A DNA stretch of 64,000 bases, from NCBI GenBank assembly GCA_965219415.1, contig CBDCNP010000002.1:608001-672000 (forward strand), in the 5' to 3' direction. The stretch comes from Candidatus Marinacidobacterales bacterium. Lineage in GTDB: Bacteria; Acidobacteriota; Vicinamibacteria; Marinacidobacterales; DATDRI01. Positions within the stretch are counted from its first letter, which is position 1. The number at the start of each line of letters is the position of its first letter. The notes beneath the pieces are model-generated. The model saw only the letters and a program-made list of their open reading frames with translations, did not search any database and was not told the origin of the DNA. Shown here in pieces: positions 17,248 through 27,012 of the stretch. A program made the translations under genes and the position numbers.

Positions 17248-18326
17248 AGAAGAGCCTGCCCGCTGCGACGTACCTGACTGCCACGCTCTTACTAGTCTTA
17301 CTCACAGGGCTCACCGGCGGCGCGCCGCGGGAAGAGCCTCACGCCATCTGGGAAGCCGACAACCCGATCCAGCCGATCCCCGCGAGTCCTCTGGGCATAG
17401 ATATACGGCTCCATCGCCTGAAGGACCCCCCCACTCCCGAAACGGTGCGACTCGGTCGATGGCTTTTTTTCGATGAACGACTCTCTGCCGATGGGACGGT
17501 CTCCTGCGGGACCTGCCATCGTCCGGAGAACGCGTTTTCCGAGCCGAAACCGGTGTCGACCGGAGTTCATGGGCAAACGGGAACCCGCAAGGCCCCGACG
17601 ATCGTAAACCTGTCGAGAAGCCTCTACCCATCTCTCTTTTGGGACGGTCGAGCCGCAACGCTCGAAGCACAGGCTCTGCTCCCGATCGTCAATCCGATCG
17701 AAATGGGAAACAGCGTGGAGGCGGCTCTCGAAACACTTCGCTCCATCGAGGGTTACCGGAAGTATTTCGAGGAAGCCTTTGGATCACGCGAGGTCACCCC
17801 ACAACGCGTAACACGTGCCATCGCCGATTACGAGAGGACACGACGGAGTGGCAACTCGCCTTGGGACCGATGGAGCGCCGGAGATGCGAGCGCGCTTTCC
17901 GATGCGGCGCAGTTGGGAAGGCAAATCTTCTTTGGAAGGGGACGCTGCACGCGTTGCCATAACGCGCCGGATTTCACCGACGACGAGTTCCACAACGAAG
18001 GCATCGGATGGGTTCCCGAGACACAATCCTTCCTCGACGAGGGTCGCTTCGCGGTGAGCAAATTGGGCACCGATCGGGGCGCGTTCAAGACTCCCACTCT
18101 ACGGGACGTCGGCCTCCACCCGCCCTTCATGCACGACGGTTCCATCGCAACCCTCCGAGAGGTCGTTGAACACTACAACCGAGGGGGAAACCCCAATCCC
18201 TACCTGGATCCCGTTATCGAACCGCTCGACCTGAAGGAGCCGCAGCTCGAAGGGCTCGTCGCGTTCCTCGAAGCGCTCGCCGGCGAAAGCTACCGGGACG
18301 AGGCGCCCGCAACTTTCCCCAAATGA
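17244..18326 (+). CDS. di-heme cytochrome c peroxidase/MauG family protein
   Basis: LGRWLFFDERLS, CGTCH, FWDGRA, CTRCH, FKTPTLR, PFMHDG; signal peptide; ATGA overlap. Confidence 0.9.
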   Translation: MKKSLPAATYLTATLLLVLLTGLTGGAPREEPHAIWEADNPIQPIPASPLGIDIRLHRLKDPPTPETVRLGRWLFFDERLSADGTVSCGTCHRPENAFSEPKPVSTGVHGQTGTRKAPTIVNLSRSLYPSLFWDGRAATLEAQALLPIVNPIEMGNSVEAALETLRSIEGYRKYFEEAFGSREVTPQRVTRAIADYERTRRSGNSPWDRWSAGDASALSDAAQLGRQIFFGRGRCTRCHNAPDFTDDEFHNEGIGWVPETQSFLDEGRFAVSKLGTDRGAFKTPTLRDVGLHPPFMHDGSIATLREVVEHYNRGGNPNPYLDPVIEPLDLKEPQLEGLVAFLEALAGESYRDEAPATFPK

Positions 18327-18434
18327 TCGACTGAACGCGCGCGCCTCGCGGTCAACCTCCTATTTGACCGATGGAAGCCCGAAAAATAGAATACGCCCGC
18401 CCAAGCAAAGGATTTAAGGAGAGGAAAACCCACG

Positions 18435-21400
18435 ATGAACAACCCCCACAATCACCGAACCGCCTTCATCGTCGCTCTGCTGCTGGTCGCGGTGTCGCTC
18501 AACGCCGCTGCCGAGTCCTATGATCCGAACGTTTACCAAAGCCTGGAGTGGCGTCTCATTGGTCCGCACCGGGGCGGCCGCGTGACAACGGCGGTAGGCG
18601 TTCCCGGACAAGAAAACGTCTACTACCAGGGGGCCACCGGTGGCGGCGTTTGGAAAACCACAGATGCCGGACTCTCCTGGAAGAACATCTCCGACGGTTT
18701 TTTCAAGACCGGCTCGGTGGGCGCGATCGCCGTAGCGCCGTCCAATCCCAATGTCCTCTACGTAGGCATGGGAGAGGTCTGCATCCGGAGCAACTTCTCG
18801 CACGGAGACGGGGTCTACAAATCGACCGACGCCGGCAAAACATGGACCCATATCGGGCTCTCCGACTCCCGCCAGATCGGCCAGATCCGCATCCATCCTG
18901 AAAACCCTGACCTGGTCTACGTCGCGGCACTGGGCCACGTCTTCGGTCCCAATGAGGAACGAGGAGTCTTTCGCTCCAAGGACGGGGGGAACAGCTGGGA
19001 GAAAATCCTTTACATAAATGACAAGACCGGCGCGGTCGACCTGAGCCTGGACGTCACGAGACCCGACGTCATCTACGCAGCCATGTGGCAAGTCATTCGA
19101 AAACCATGGGGAATCCTGCCGCAAGGGCCGGGAAGTGGTATCTACAAAACGACGAACGGCGGAGATTCCTGGGAAGAGCTCACCGGCGGATTGCCGGGGA
19201 CGGATCTCGGTAGGATTGGTGTCTCGGTCTCTCCCATCAATCCCAACCGAGTCTGGGCGCTGGTCGAAGCCGACGGCGGCGATCTTTTTCTTTCCGACGA
19301 CGCCGGCGCCAATTGGTCTATGGTGAACCACGACTTTCACCTGCAACGCCGACCCTACTATTACGGCCACATCTATGCCGACTCTCAGGAGGTCGACACG
19401 GTCTACGTCCTCACCTCTCCCTTCATGAAGTCGATCGACGCGGGAAAATCCTTCGAGCACGTCGAAGTGCCCCACGGGGACAACCACAACCTTTGGATCG
19501 CTCCCGACAACAACAAACGCATGATCAACGCCAACGACGGTGGCGCCAACGTTTCCTTCGACGGAGGCAAGAGTTGGAGCCGAGTCGATAACCAGCCTAC
19601 CGCTCAGTTCTACTGGGTCATCACCGACGACCGATTCCCCTACCGCGTCTACGGTGCCCAGCAAGACAACACCACCGTCTCCATTGCCAGCCGGACCGCA
19701 ACTCCCGGAATTGCGGCGAGCGATTGGTACGCAGTGGCGGGCGGCGAGAGTGGTTACATTGCTCCCAAACCGGGAGACCCGGACGTCACCTACGGTGGCA
19801 GCTATTGGGGATTTATGACCCGTCACGATCGCCGCAACGGTGAAAACCGCGATGTTTCCCCTTGGCCGGCGCGGCCCATGGGGCGGGTGGGAGCAGGACT
19901 CAAGTACCGTTTCAACTGGACGTATCCGATTGTGATCTCGCCGCATGACCCCAACACCGTCTACGTCGGGGCAAACGTTTTGTTCCGCTCCACGAACGAA
20001 GGGCAGACCTGGGACGCAATCAGCCCCGACCTAACTCATGACGACAAGAGCAAACAGCAGCTGGCTCGACTCTCCGACTTCTACTGCACGATCACTTCCA
20101 TCACCGAGTCGAAGCTGCAAAAGGGTTTGCTCTGGGTGGGGTCCGATGACGGGAGGGCCCACCTGACCCGGAATGGAGGGCGAGACTGGCTCGAGGTCAC
20201 ACCTCCCGAAATGGAAGCGTGGAGCCGCATCAACCTGATCGAGTCCTCGCCTCATGAGGCTGGCTCGGCGTACATGGCGGTGAACCGCTACCACCTCGAC
20301 GACTACCGACCGTACATCTACAAGACGAAGGACTTCGGGCAAAGCTGGAAATTGGTCGGGAAAGGCATCGCCGAAGATGCGTTCGTAAGAACGGTGCGCG
20401 AAGATCCCGAAAGGCGGGGGCTCCTCTACGCCGGTACTGAAACGGGGGTCTATGTCTCTTGGGACGACGGAGAGAACTGGCAATCGCTGCAACGCAACCT
20501 GCCCGTTGTGCCGATTACCGACCTCGCGGTCAAGAACGATGACCTAGTCGCCGCCACTCAAGGCCGCGCCTTCTGGATCCTGGATGATCTAACCGCACTG
20601 CATCAGCTCACCCCCGACGCCGCCGCTTCTCCCGTATTTCTTTTCGAGCCGCGCGCGGCCTACCGCGTGAGAAGGGGCCGCTCGTTTCTCCGGGACCCCA
20701 ACGTCGGCCAGAATCCCCCCGACGGCGTCATTGTGGACTTTCTGCTTCAAGAGGGTTCAGACGAAGCGAGCCTCGAATTTCTAGATGCCGATGGCACCAT
20801 CATAAAGACATTCTCGAGCTCGGACGAGGCGTCGAACGTGACCGCGGAAAAAGGGCTCAATCGTTTCGTTTGGGATCTGCGCTATCCCGATGGATCCGAT
20901 CTCACAAATGGCAGCCACCTGTTCGGCGGCAACCTCCGTGGGCCCATGGCCGTCCCGGGCATTTATCGGGTCCGCCTAACCGCGGCGGGTGAAACGAAAA
21001 GTGCTTCTTTCGAGATCAAAAAAGATCCGAGGGTAGCTGCCACCCGCGAAGATCTTCAGGCACAATTCGACTTGCTCATAGAGGTCCGCGACGGTGTGAG
21101 CGATGCCCACCAAGCCGCGAACAAGATACTCGCCGTGAAAAAACGTCTTCAGGATGTATCGCCTGGCAACGAAAATATAGACAAGCGGTTGAAGGAGGTC
21201 GACGGGAAGCTAACGGCAGTCCTCGACGAACTGGTGGAGTTTCGCTTCCGCGGCATCGACGACCAGATGCTCGTCTACCCGCTGCAGCTGAATGCAAAGA
21301 TCGCATCTTTACAGAGAGTGGTCGCGAGCGCCGAACATCGACCCACCGATCAGTCGGTGGATGTCTTTAGAGAGCTACGGTCTCAGCTCGACACGCAGCT

Positions 21401-21506
21401 CAGCAGGGTCGACGCCATCATGGCGAACGACGTCAAGGCGCTGAACCGATTGCTCAGAGACAAGGGCCTCCGCGAAGTGAGCACCGACCGGGCCGAGCCG
21501 GAGTGA
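18435..21506 (+). CDS. secreted VPS10/sortilin-like BNR-repeat protein (glycosyl hydrolase-like)
   Basis: Signal peptide, WRLIGPHRGGR, many S/T-x-DGG-x-W (Asp-box) repeats. Confidence 0.9.
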   Translation: MNNPHNHRTAFIVALLLVAVSLNAAAESYDPNVYQSLEWRLIGPHRGGRVTTAVGVPGQENVYYQGATGGGVWKTTDAGLSWKNISDGFFKTGSVGAIAVAPSNPNVLYVGMGEVCIRSNFSHGDGVYKSTDAGKTWTHIGLSDSRQIGQIRIHPENPDLVYVAALGHVFGPNEERGVFRSKDGGNSWEKILYINDKTGAVDLSLDVTRPDVIYAAMWQVIRKPWGILPQGPGSGIYKTTNGGDSWEELTGGLPGTDLGRIGVSVSPINPNRVWALVEADGGDLFLSDDAGANWSMVNHDFHLQRRPYYYGHIYADSQEVDTVYVLTSPFMKSIDAGKSFEHVEVPHGDNHNLWIAPDNNKRMINANDGGANVSFDGGKSWSRVDNQPTAQFYWVITDDRFPYRVYGAQQDNTTVSIASRTATPGIAASDWYAVAGGESGYIAPKPGDPDVTYGGSYWGFMTRHDRRNGENRDVSPWPARPMGRVGAGLKYRFNWTYPIVISPHDPNTVYVGANVLFRSTNEGQTWDAISPDLTHDDKSKQQLARLSDFYCTITSITESKLQKGLLWVGSDDGRAHLTRNGGRDWLEVTPPEMEAWSRINLIESSPHEAGSAYMAVNRYHLDDYRPYIYKTKDFGQSWKLVGKGIAEDAFVRTVREDPERRGLLYAGTETGVYVSWDDGENWQSLQRNLPVVPITDLAVKNDDLVAATQGRAFWILDDLTALHQLTPDAAASPVFLFEPRAAYRVRRGRSFLRDPNVGQNPPDGVIVDFLLQEGSDEASLEFLDADGTIIKTFSSSDEASNVTAEKGLNRFVWDLRYPDGSDLTNGSHLFGGNLRGPMAVPGIYRVRLTAAGETKSASFEIKKDPRVAATREDLQAQFDLLIEVRDGVSDAHQAANKILAVKKRLQDVSPGNENIDKRLKEVDGKLTAVLDELVEFRFRGIDDQMLVYPLQLNAKIASLQRVVASAEHRPTDQSVDVFRELRSQLDTQLSRVDAIMANDVKALNRLLRDKGLREVSTDRAEPE

Positions 21507-21560
21507 CCGACGGTCTGGCCACGCGATGAAGATCTTGATAACCTTGCCGGAATTCCCACC

Positions 21561-22034
21561 ATGACCGCGAGGCTCGATCATCTGAAGGACTCTTACCGCG
21601 TGCTGGGGGCTCGGCTAAACGCCCCCCCGGAAGAGCTCAAGCGGGTGTACCGGAGCCTGGTCAAGCAGTGGCACCCCGATCGCTACCCGGCACGCTCCGT
21701 GGAACAGGAAGAGGCTTCCCTCCGAATGAGGCAAATCAACATTGCGTACCGTGAGGTTCGTAACGCCCCTCTCCGCTACTTCGATCCTGTCGCGCCCCGG
21801 GCGGAGGCGGTGATTCCCCCTGCCGTCATGAGATCGTGGCAGCATAGGTCATCGTCGTTCGATTCCGTGATCACCGGGATGCGCTTTTTTGTAGGCGCGT
21901 TCTTCGGCGCCGCGTTCGGGGTCATGATGATGTTCCGTTCCGTCCCGGCCCCCTGGCTGTACGGACCGATCTTGGCGGCTGTGCGGCCGGTTACCTGGCG
22001 GTACGCGTGGGTGACGAGGTCTGGGAAGTCTTGA
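21561..22034 (+). CDS. J-domain membrane protein (possible frameshift near the C-terminus)
   Basis: YRVLG...QWHPDRY...INIAY followed by TM helices. Confidence 0.8.
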   Translation: MTARLDHLKDSYRVLGARLNAPPEELKRVYRSLVKQWHPDRYPARSVEQEEASLRMRQINIAYREVRNAPLRYFDPVAPRAEAVIPPAVMRSWQHRSSSFDSVITGMRFFVGAFFGAAFGVMMMFRSVPAPWLYGPILAAVRPVTWRYAWVTRSGKS

Positions 22035-22125
22035 CGACGCCTTTCGGGAAGGCATGAGACGGCGACTGCCCTTTCAATCGACCTAGAGTGAGTCTCTCGA
22101 ATTGTGCTAGCATATACCCCGCCTT

Positions 22126-22533
22126 ATGATTAAGCACAAGCCGCTCTTCACGTCGGAGGCCGTTACCCGAGGCGTTCGAGTGCACGTCGTCTGCAAGTAC
22201 TCCCCCGACCACTCTCAGCCTGAAGTGAACCGCTGGTTCTTCCTCTACACTGTCAAGATCGCCAACGAAGGGACGGAACCGGTCCAACTTGTGAGCCGTC
22301 ACTGGATCATCGAAGACGCCGACGGCAACGTGGAAGAAGTACGGGGACCGGGCGTAGTGGGGCAGCAGCCCGATCTCGCTCCCGGTGAGTCCTTTCAGTA
22401 CACGTCCGGCTGCCCGCTGACGACCCCGTTCGGCTCGATGCGCGGCACGTACCAAATGGTGTCGGAAGCAGGCGCGAGCTTCGACGCGAACATCGCCCCC
22501 TTCACCCTCAGCGAGCCTTACACGATTCACTAG
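22126..22533 (+). CDS. apaG: ApaG protein
   Basis: VQLVSRHWII, GPGVVGQQP, FQYTSGCPLTTPFGSMRG. Confidence 0.95.
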   Translation: MIKHKPLFTSEAVTRGVRVHVVCKYSPDHSQPEVNRWFFLYTVKIANEGTEPVQLVSRHWIIEDADGNVEEVRGPGVVGQQPDLAPGESFQYTSGCPLTTPFGSMRGTYQMVSEAGASFDANIAPFTLSEPYTIH

Positions 22534-22610
22534 GCACTAGCATTCCACCTTTATTTGTCGATGGACCCTATTCCCCAGGAGATCTTTTCGAGGACTTCCG
22601 CCCGTTTCGG

Positions 22611-23438
22611 ATGAGCGAAAAACCAATGGCGAAAAAGAAACACAAACTCACCGCAAGAAACGCCGACAAACACTGGTTGTATGAACAGAGTGTTCAAGCA
22701 CCCGAGGCGGACACTCGGTTTTTCGCTCGTTATTACAAGAAACTCACTGGTCGGAACGCTCGCGTCATGCGAGAAGATTTTTGCGGGACTGCCGCGCTTT
22801 CATGTCACTGGGTAAAGCTGCACCGAGAAAACCATTCCATCGGTGTGGATTTCGATGCCTCGGTACTCAAGTGGTCACGCGCGCACAATGTCAGTGAGCT
22901 GACCGAAGAACAGCGAGGGCGTCTGCACCTGATTCGAAACAACGTACTTACGGTTCGCCATCCGAAGGCCGACGTCGTAGCCGCCATGAACTTTAGCTAC
23001 TCGATTTTCAAAACCCGCGAAACGCTCGGCGCATACATCAAGAACGCCTACCGCTCTTTGAACAAGCGCGGTGTCCTCTGCATGGATGCATGGGGCGGCC
23101 CTGACACCCTCATCACAGACGTAGAAAAACGCCGACAGCACGGTTTTACCTATGTGTGGGACCAAGCCGACTTCGACCCGATCACGTTTCATATTCTTTG
23201 CAAGATCCACTTCGAGTTTCGTGACGGCTCGCGGATGCGCAACGCGTTCGTCTACGACTGGCGTCTGTGGACGCTACCGGAGATGCAGGAGCTCATGGTC
23301 GAGGCCGGTTTCAAAGATGTGCACGTCCTCTGGGAGGGCACGGAGCGTGGCACCGGAACAGGCAACGGTGTCTTTCGCCGCGCCAGCAAAGGAGGAGACG
23401 AGGCGGCGTGGATCGCCTATGTCATCGGTCGAAAGTGA
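22611..23438 (+). CDS. class I SAM-dependent methyltransferase
   Basis: LYEQSVQ, REDFCGT, GVDFD, YDWRLW. Confidence 0.8.
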   Translation: MSEKPMAKKKHKLTARNADKHWLYEQSVQAPEADTRFFARYYKKLTGRNARVMREDFCGTAALSCHWVKLHRENHSIGVDFDASVLKWSRAHNVSELTEEQRGRLHLIRNNVLTVRHPKADVVAAMNFSYSIFKTRETLGAYIKNAYRSLNKRGVLCMDAWGGPDTLITDVEKRRQHGFTYVWDQADFDPITFHILCKIHFEFRDGSRMRNAFVYDWRLWTLPEMQELMVEAGFKDVHVLWEGTERGTGTGNGVFRRASKGGDEAAWIAYVIGRK

Positions 23439-23442
23439 TGCA

Positions 23443-24348
23443 GTGGGCCTAAACCAAGGCTACTCCTATCGAAAGACATTGGGCTCGGAAGCCGCCGATC
23501 TCACCGTCCTCGAATACCTCGGCCGAAGCTTCCGACATTCTTCCCCGGATCAGTGGCGAGCTAGGATCGAAGCGGGACTCGTCCTGCTCGACGGAGAGCC
23601 CGTCGCTTCCGGTGAAGCCATCCACGCCGGTCAAACTCTGGTATGGCTTCGACCGCCCTGGCAAGAACCGAGTGCCCCCGTTTCCTTCGCAGTCCTCCAC
23701 GAGGACGAGCACCTGCTGGCTATTGCCAAACCGGCCGGGCTTCCGACACTTCCCGGTGGCGGCTTCCTGGCCAACACGCTTCTCGGTATCGTGCGCAAAC
23801 ACTATCCAGAAGCGACGCCCCTTCACCGATTGGGCCGTGCGACGTCCGGGATCATGCTCTGGGCACGAACCGGTCTGGCACGTCGCAGGTTGCGGCAAGC
23901 TTGGGAAACAGACGTGGTCAGAGTGTACCGGGCGTTGGTCCAAGGCGTGATCCTTGAGGAGGAACTAACCGTCGAAACACCCATCGGGCCGGTACCGCAC
24001 TTGCTGCTGGGTACCGTCCATGCGGCGACCCCCTCCGGCAAGCCTTCTCAGAGTCGGGTCCGCACGCTCGGGCGATCGAGCGACACGTCCTTGGTCGAGG
24101 TTCTATTGGAAACCGGGAGGCCCCATCAAATCCGTATCCACCTCGCAGCGGCCGGCTATCCACTGGTTGGAGATCCGCTTTACGAGATGGGTGGCGTGCC
24201 GAAAGCGAAGAGTCGTGCCCTGCCGGGAGACCTCGGCTACCTACTCCACTCGGAGCGGATTACTTTCCGGCATCCCAATACTGAGCGACTCATGGAGGTG
24301 GCGTGTCTTCCACCGCCGCTTCTTAGAACACCCAGAAACACCTTATAA
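23443..24348 (+). CDS. RluA-family pseudouridine synthase homolog (HRLG in place of HRLD)
   Basis: KPAGLPT, HRLGRATSG, TGRPHQIRIH, GDPLY; GTG start at 23443. Confidence 0.85.
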   Translation: MGLNQGYSYRKTLGSEAADLTVLEYLGRSFRHSSPDQWRARIEAGLVLLDGEPVASGEAIHAGQTLVWLRPPWQEPSAPVSFAVLHEDEHLLAIAKPAGLPTLPGGGFLANTLLGIVRKHYPEATPLHRLGRATSGIMLWARTGLARRRLRQAWETDVVRVYRALVQGVILEEELTVETPIGPVPHLLLGTVHAATPSGKPSQSRVRTLGRSSDTSLVEVLLETGRPHQIRIHLAAAGYPLVGDPLYEMGGVPKAKSRALPGDLGYLLHSERITFRHPNTERLMEVACLPPPLLRTPRNTL

Positions 24349-24358
24349 TATTCTTCCT

Positions 24359-25090
24359 ATGTCGCGCACCGCCGCCGCGCTCATCATCGGGAACGAGATC
24401 CTGTGCGGCAAGATCCAAGAGAAGAATCTCGGTCAGCTCGCCAAACTCTTGCGACGGCTCGGCATCCATCTAGACCGGGTCGTGATAGTGACGGACAAGG
24501 TGGAGACCATCTCCAAAGAAGTAGCGGCGCTCTCTTCATCCCATGACTTCCTCTTCACGAGCGGCGGAGTCGGCCCAACCCACGACGACGTCACGATGGA
24601 GGGGGTCGCTGCTGCTTTCGGTGTACCGGTGGTGAGCGATCCCGTCCTCGAAGGGAAACTGCGAAGCCACTTCGGGAACAGCATCAACGAGAGCCACCTC
24701 CGCTTGGCACTGGTACCGAAGGGTGCCCAGCTACTCTCCAAGGCCGAGTCGCTTTGGCCGGCGACGGTCATGGAAAACGTCTGGATCCTGCCGGGCATTC
24801 CGGAAGTGTTTCAGAAGAAACTGCCGATCGTGGAAGAGCACTTGGGCGGAGACCTTCCATTCCTTTCGCGCGCGGTTTACACCAAGCTGGATGAAGCCGA
24901 TCTCGCTCATATGCTGAACAAAGTCGTGGGCAGCCACCCGACGGTCGACATCGGCTCCTACCCGACGTGGGCCGATCAAAAATACAACACCAAGCTGACC
25001 TTCGACGGGAAGGACGAGGGCGCCATTACCCGAGCGGTGGATGAGTTCGTAGCCTTGCTGCCCGATGGCGAGCCCCAATGGATCGAATAG
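24359..25090 (+). CDS. molybdopterin-binding/CinA N-terminal domain protein
   Basis: IIGNEILCG, SGGVGPTHDDVT, LPGIP, IGSYP. Confidence 0.88.
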   Translation: MSRTAAALIIGNEILCGKIQEKNLGQLAKLLRRLGIHLDRVVIVTDKVETISKEVAALSSSHDFLFTSGGVGPTHDDVTMEGVAAAFGVPVVSDPVLEGKLRSHFGNSINESHLRLALVPKGAQLLSKAESLWPATVMENVWILPGIPEVFQKKLPIVEEHLGGDLPFLSRAVYTKLDEADLAHMLNKVVGSHPTVDIGSYPTWADQKYNTKLTFDGKDEGAITRAVDEFVALLPDGEPQWIE

Positions 25091-25116
25091 CCCTTCGGAG
25101 GGGCGAGGAGGTACCC

Positions 25117-26566
25117 ATGAGGTCGATCGTTTCCATATCTTTTTGTCTCCTCTTTTCCGCCACGGTGCACGCTCAGTTCTTCGAGCCCGATGTCTATGAG
25201 GCTCGGCGAGAGGTCGTGCTCGAAAAGCTGGGTGAGGCGATGGCTATCGTTCCTGGGTACTCCGGGGCGCTGGGCATGGGGGTCTACCGACAGTCGACTC
25301 ACCTCATTTACTTGGCAGGTGTGGAAGCTCCCAACGCCTATTTGCTCCTGGACGGTCGGTCGAAACGGACGCTGTTGTTCCTTCCCGAGCTTACTCAGTT
25401 CCTAAGGCCGCAGTTCCCTACCGAGGACAAAGAGGCACTGCTGGAAGCGCCCTGGAATCGTCCTCCAGGACGCCTTTCTCCTGGGAGTGCAGGCGGTGGC
25501 ATCGACGGGAATCGAAGAGGTCTACAGCCTGGCAGCCTTCTGGGACGAGGTCGAGCCGTTGGCCCGTCAGGCCTCGCGGATCTTCGTCGATTACGACGAC
25601 CGAACGATCTGGGCACCGTCCCCTTTGGGGCCCCTCCGAACACCGGGCCGACAAGTGGCGGACCGTCTGCAGGATCTATTGCCCACCAAGCAGCTAGAAA
25701 ACCTCGCCCCCATGATCCGCAAGATGCGGCTCGTGAAAGACCAGGCCGAGATCGACACTCTCCGACGCGGCGTAGAGATAACGTGTAACGGTATCAACGA
25801 AGTGATACGAACGGTCCGCCCCGGGATGACGGAGCTCGAAGTGGCGGGACTCCTGGACTACGAATGGAAGAAGCAAGGAGGGCAGCGCGTCGCCTTCGAT
25901 TCCATCATCCATTCCGGCCCTACCTCGATGCTCTATTTCACCATGCCCTGGGAAACTTATGACGCCTATTCCCGACGGATCGAACAGAGCGACCTCGTGT
26001 TCGTCGACGTCGGCACGGAGTACAACTTCTACGGTACCGATGTTTGCCGCACTGTTCCCGCTTCGGGACGTTTCGACCCCATACAGCGAAAGTACTACCA
26101 GATCGTCCTGGAGGCATCGAATGCTGCTTTGGCGCACATTCGCCCCGGGGCAATGATGGAAGACGTCGTCCGCGCGTCGGCGGAAGTGTTCAAGAAGCAC
26201 GGTCTCGATGAGTACGAGAACATTGCCACCGTGGGGATCGACAACATTTGGGGCCCCATGCCGTCGCCCACTCACTACGTAAACCGGGCGAAGGGTCTCC
26301 TTGCCGGGGTTCGCGATTTAGGCCACCACGTGGGCCTCCGAGCGGTGGAAGGCCGCGACTACGGCGAGCCAATGCAAGCGGGATGGATGTTCACGGTCGA
26401 GCCGAAACTCTTCGTCATCGACCAAAGATTCGGAATCATGATCGAGGATCAAGTGCTGGTGACCGAAGACGGCATGGAGAATCTCTCTCGATCGTCCCCG
26501 AGGACGGTGGAAGAGATCGAGGCGCTCATGGCAAGGGGGCCTTCGACTGACTCCGGACGCCGCTGA
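25117..26566 (+). CDS. Xaa-Pro aminopeptidase (M24B), secreted; frameshift near 25487
   Basis: Signal peptide; YLAGVE in one frame; RLVKD, DVGTE..YGTDVCRT, GHHVG, TVEP and IEDQV in the next. Confidence 0.8.
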
Positions 26567-26589
26567 ACGCCGCTATTGCCGAATCGAGG

Positions 26590-27000
26590 TTGTCGATGGC
26601 AGGAATGTCTTCTCCAAGCGAGCCCGCGAATCGGCCGGTGGAACGAAAGCACGGCGTAAGCTCCGAGCGGGAGCGTCGATGGGGAGTCATCGGCAGCATT
26701 TCGGGCAGCCTCGTCGGTGGCGGGGCCGCCCTGGTCGGCGTCTTCATCGACGGCATGCCCTGGTATGCGTCGGGCGCCTATCCTCGCGTGTTTGTAGAAC
26801 AGCGGCTCCTCGCGATCGACATCTACTTGATGGCGGTGCTTGTCGTCGGCATGGCGTTTTCGACCGCCGGGATCGTGTATTCTCGCCGCAGCCCTTACCC
26901 CAGGACCGACGCCTTCGGCGCGGGTTTGATGGGAACGATCTTGATGGCCCTGGGCGGCGTCATTCTCTTCATTCGCCTCGTGGCGCTCATCCGAGGATAG
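26590..27000 (+). CDS. hypothetical membrane protein
   Basis: Three hydrophobic segments; fills the gap before a convergent gene. Confidence 0.55.
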   Translation: MSMAGMSSPSEPANRPVERKHGVSSERERRWGVIGSISGSLVGGGAALVGVFIDGMPWYASGAYPRVFVEQRLLAIDIYLMAVLVVGMAFSTAGIVYSRRSPYPRTDAFGAGLMGTILMALGGVILFIRLVALIRG

Positions 27001-27012
27001 CCTCGCCGCTGC

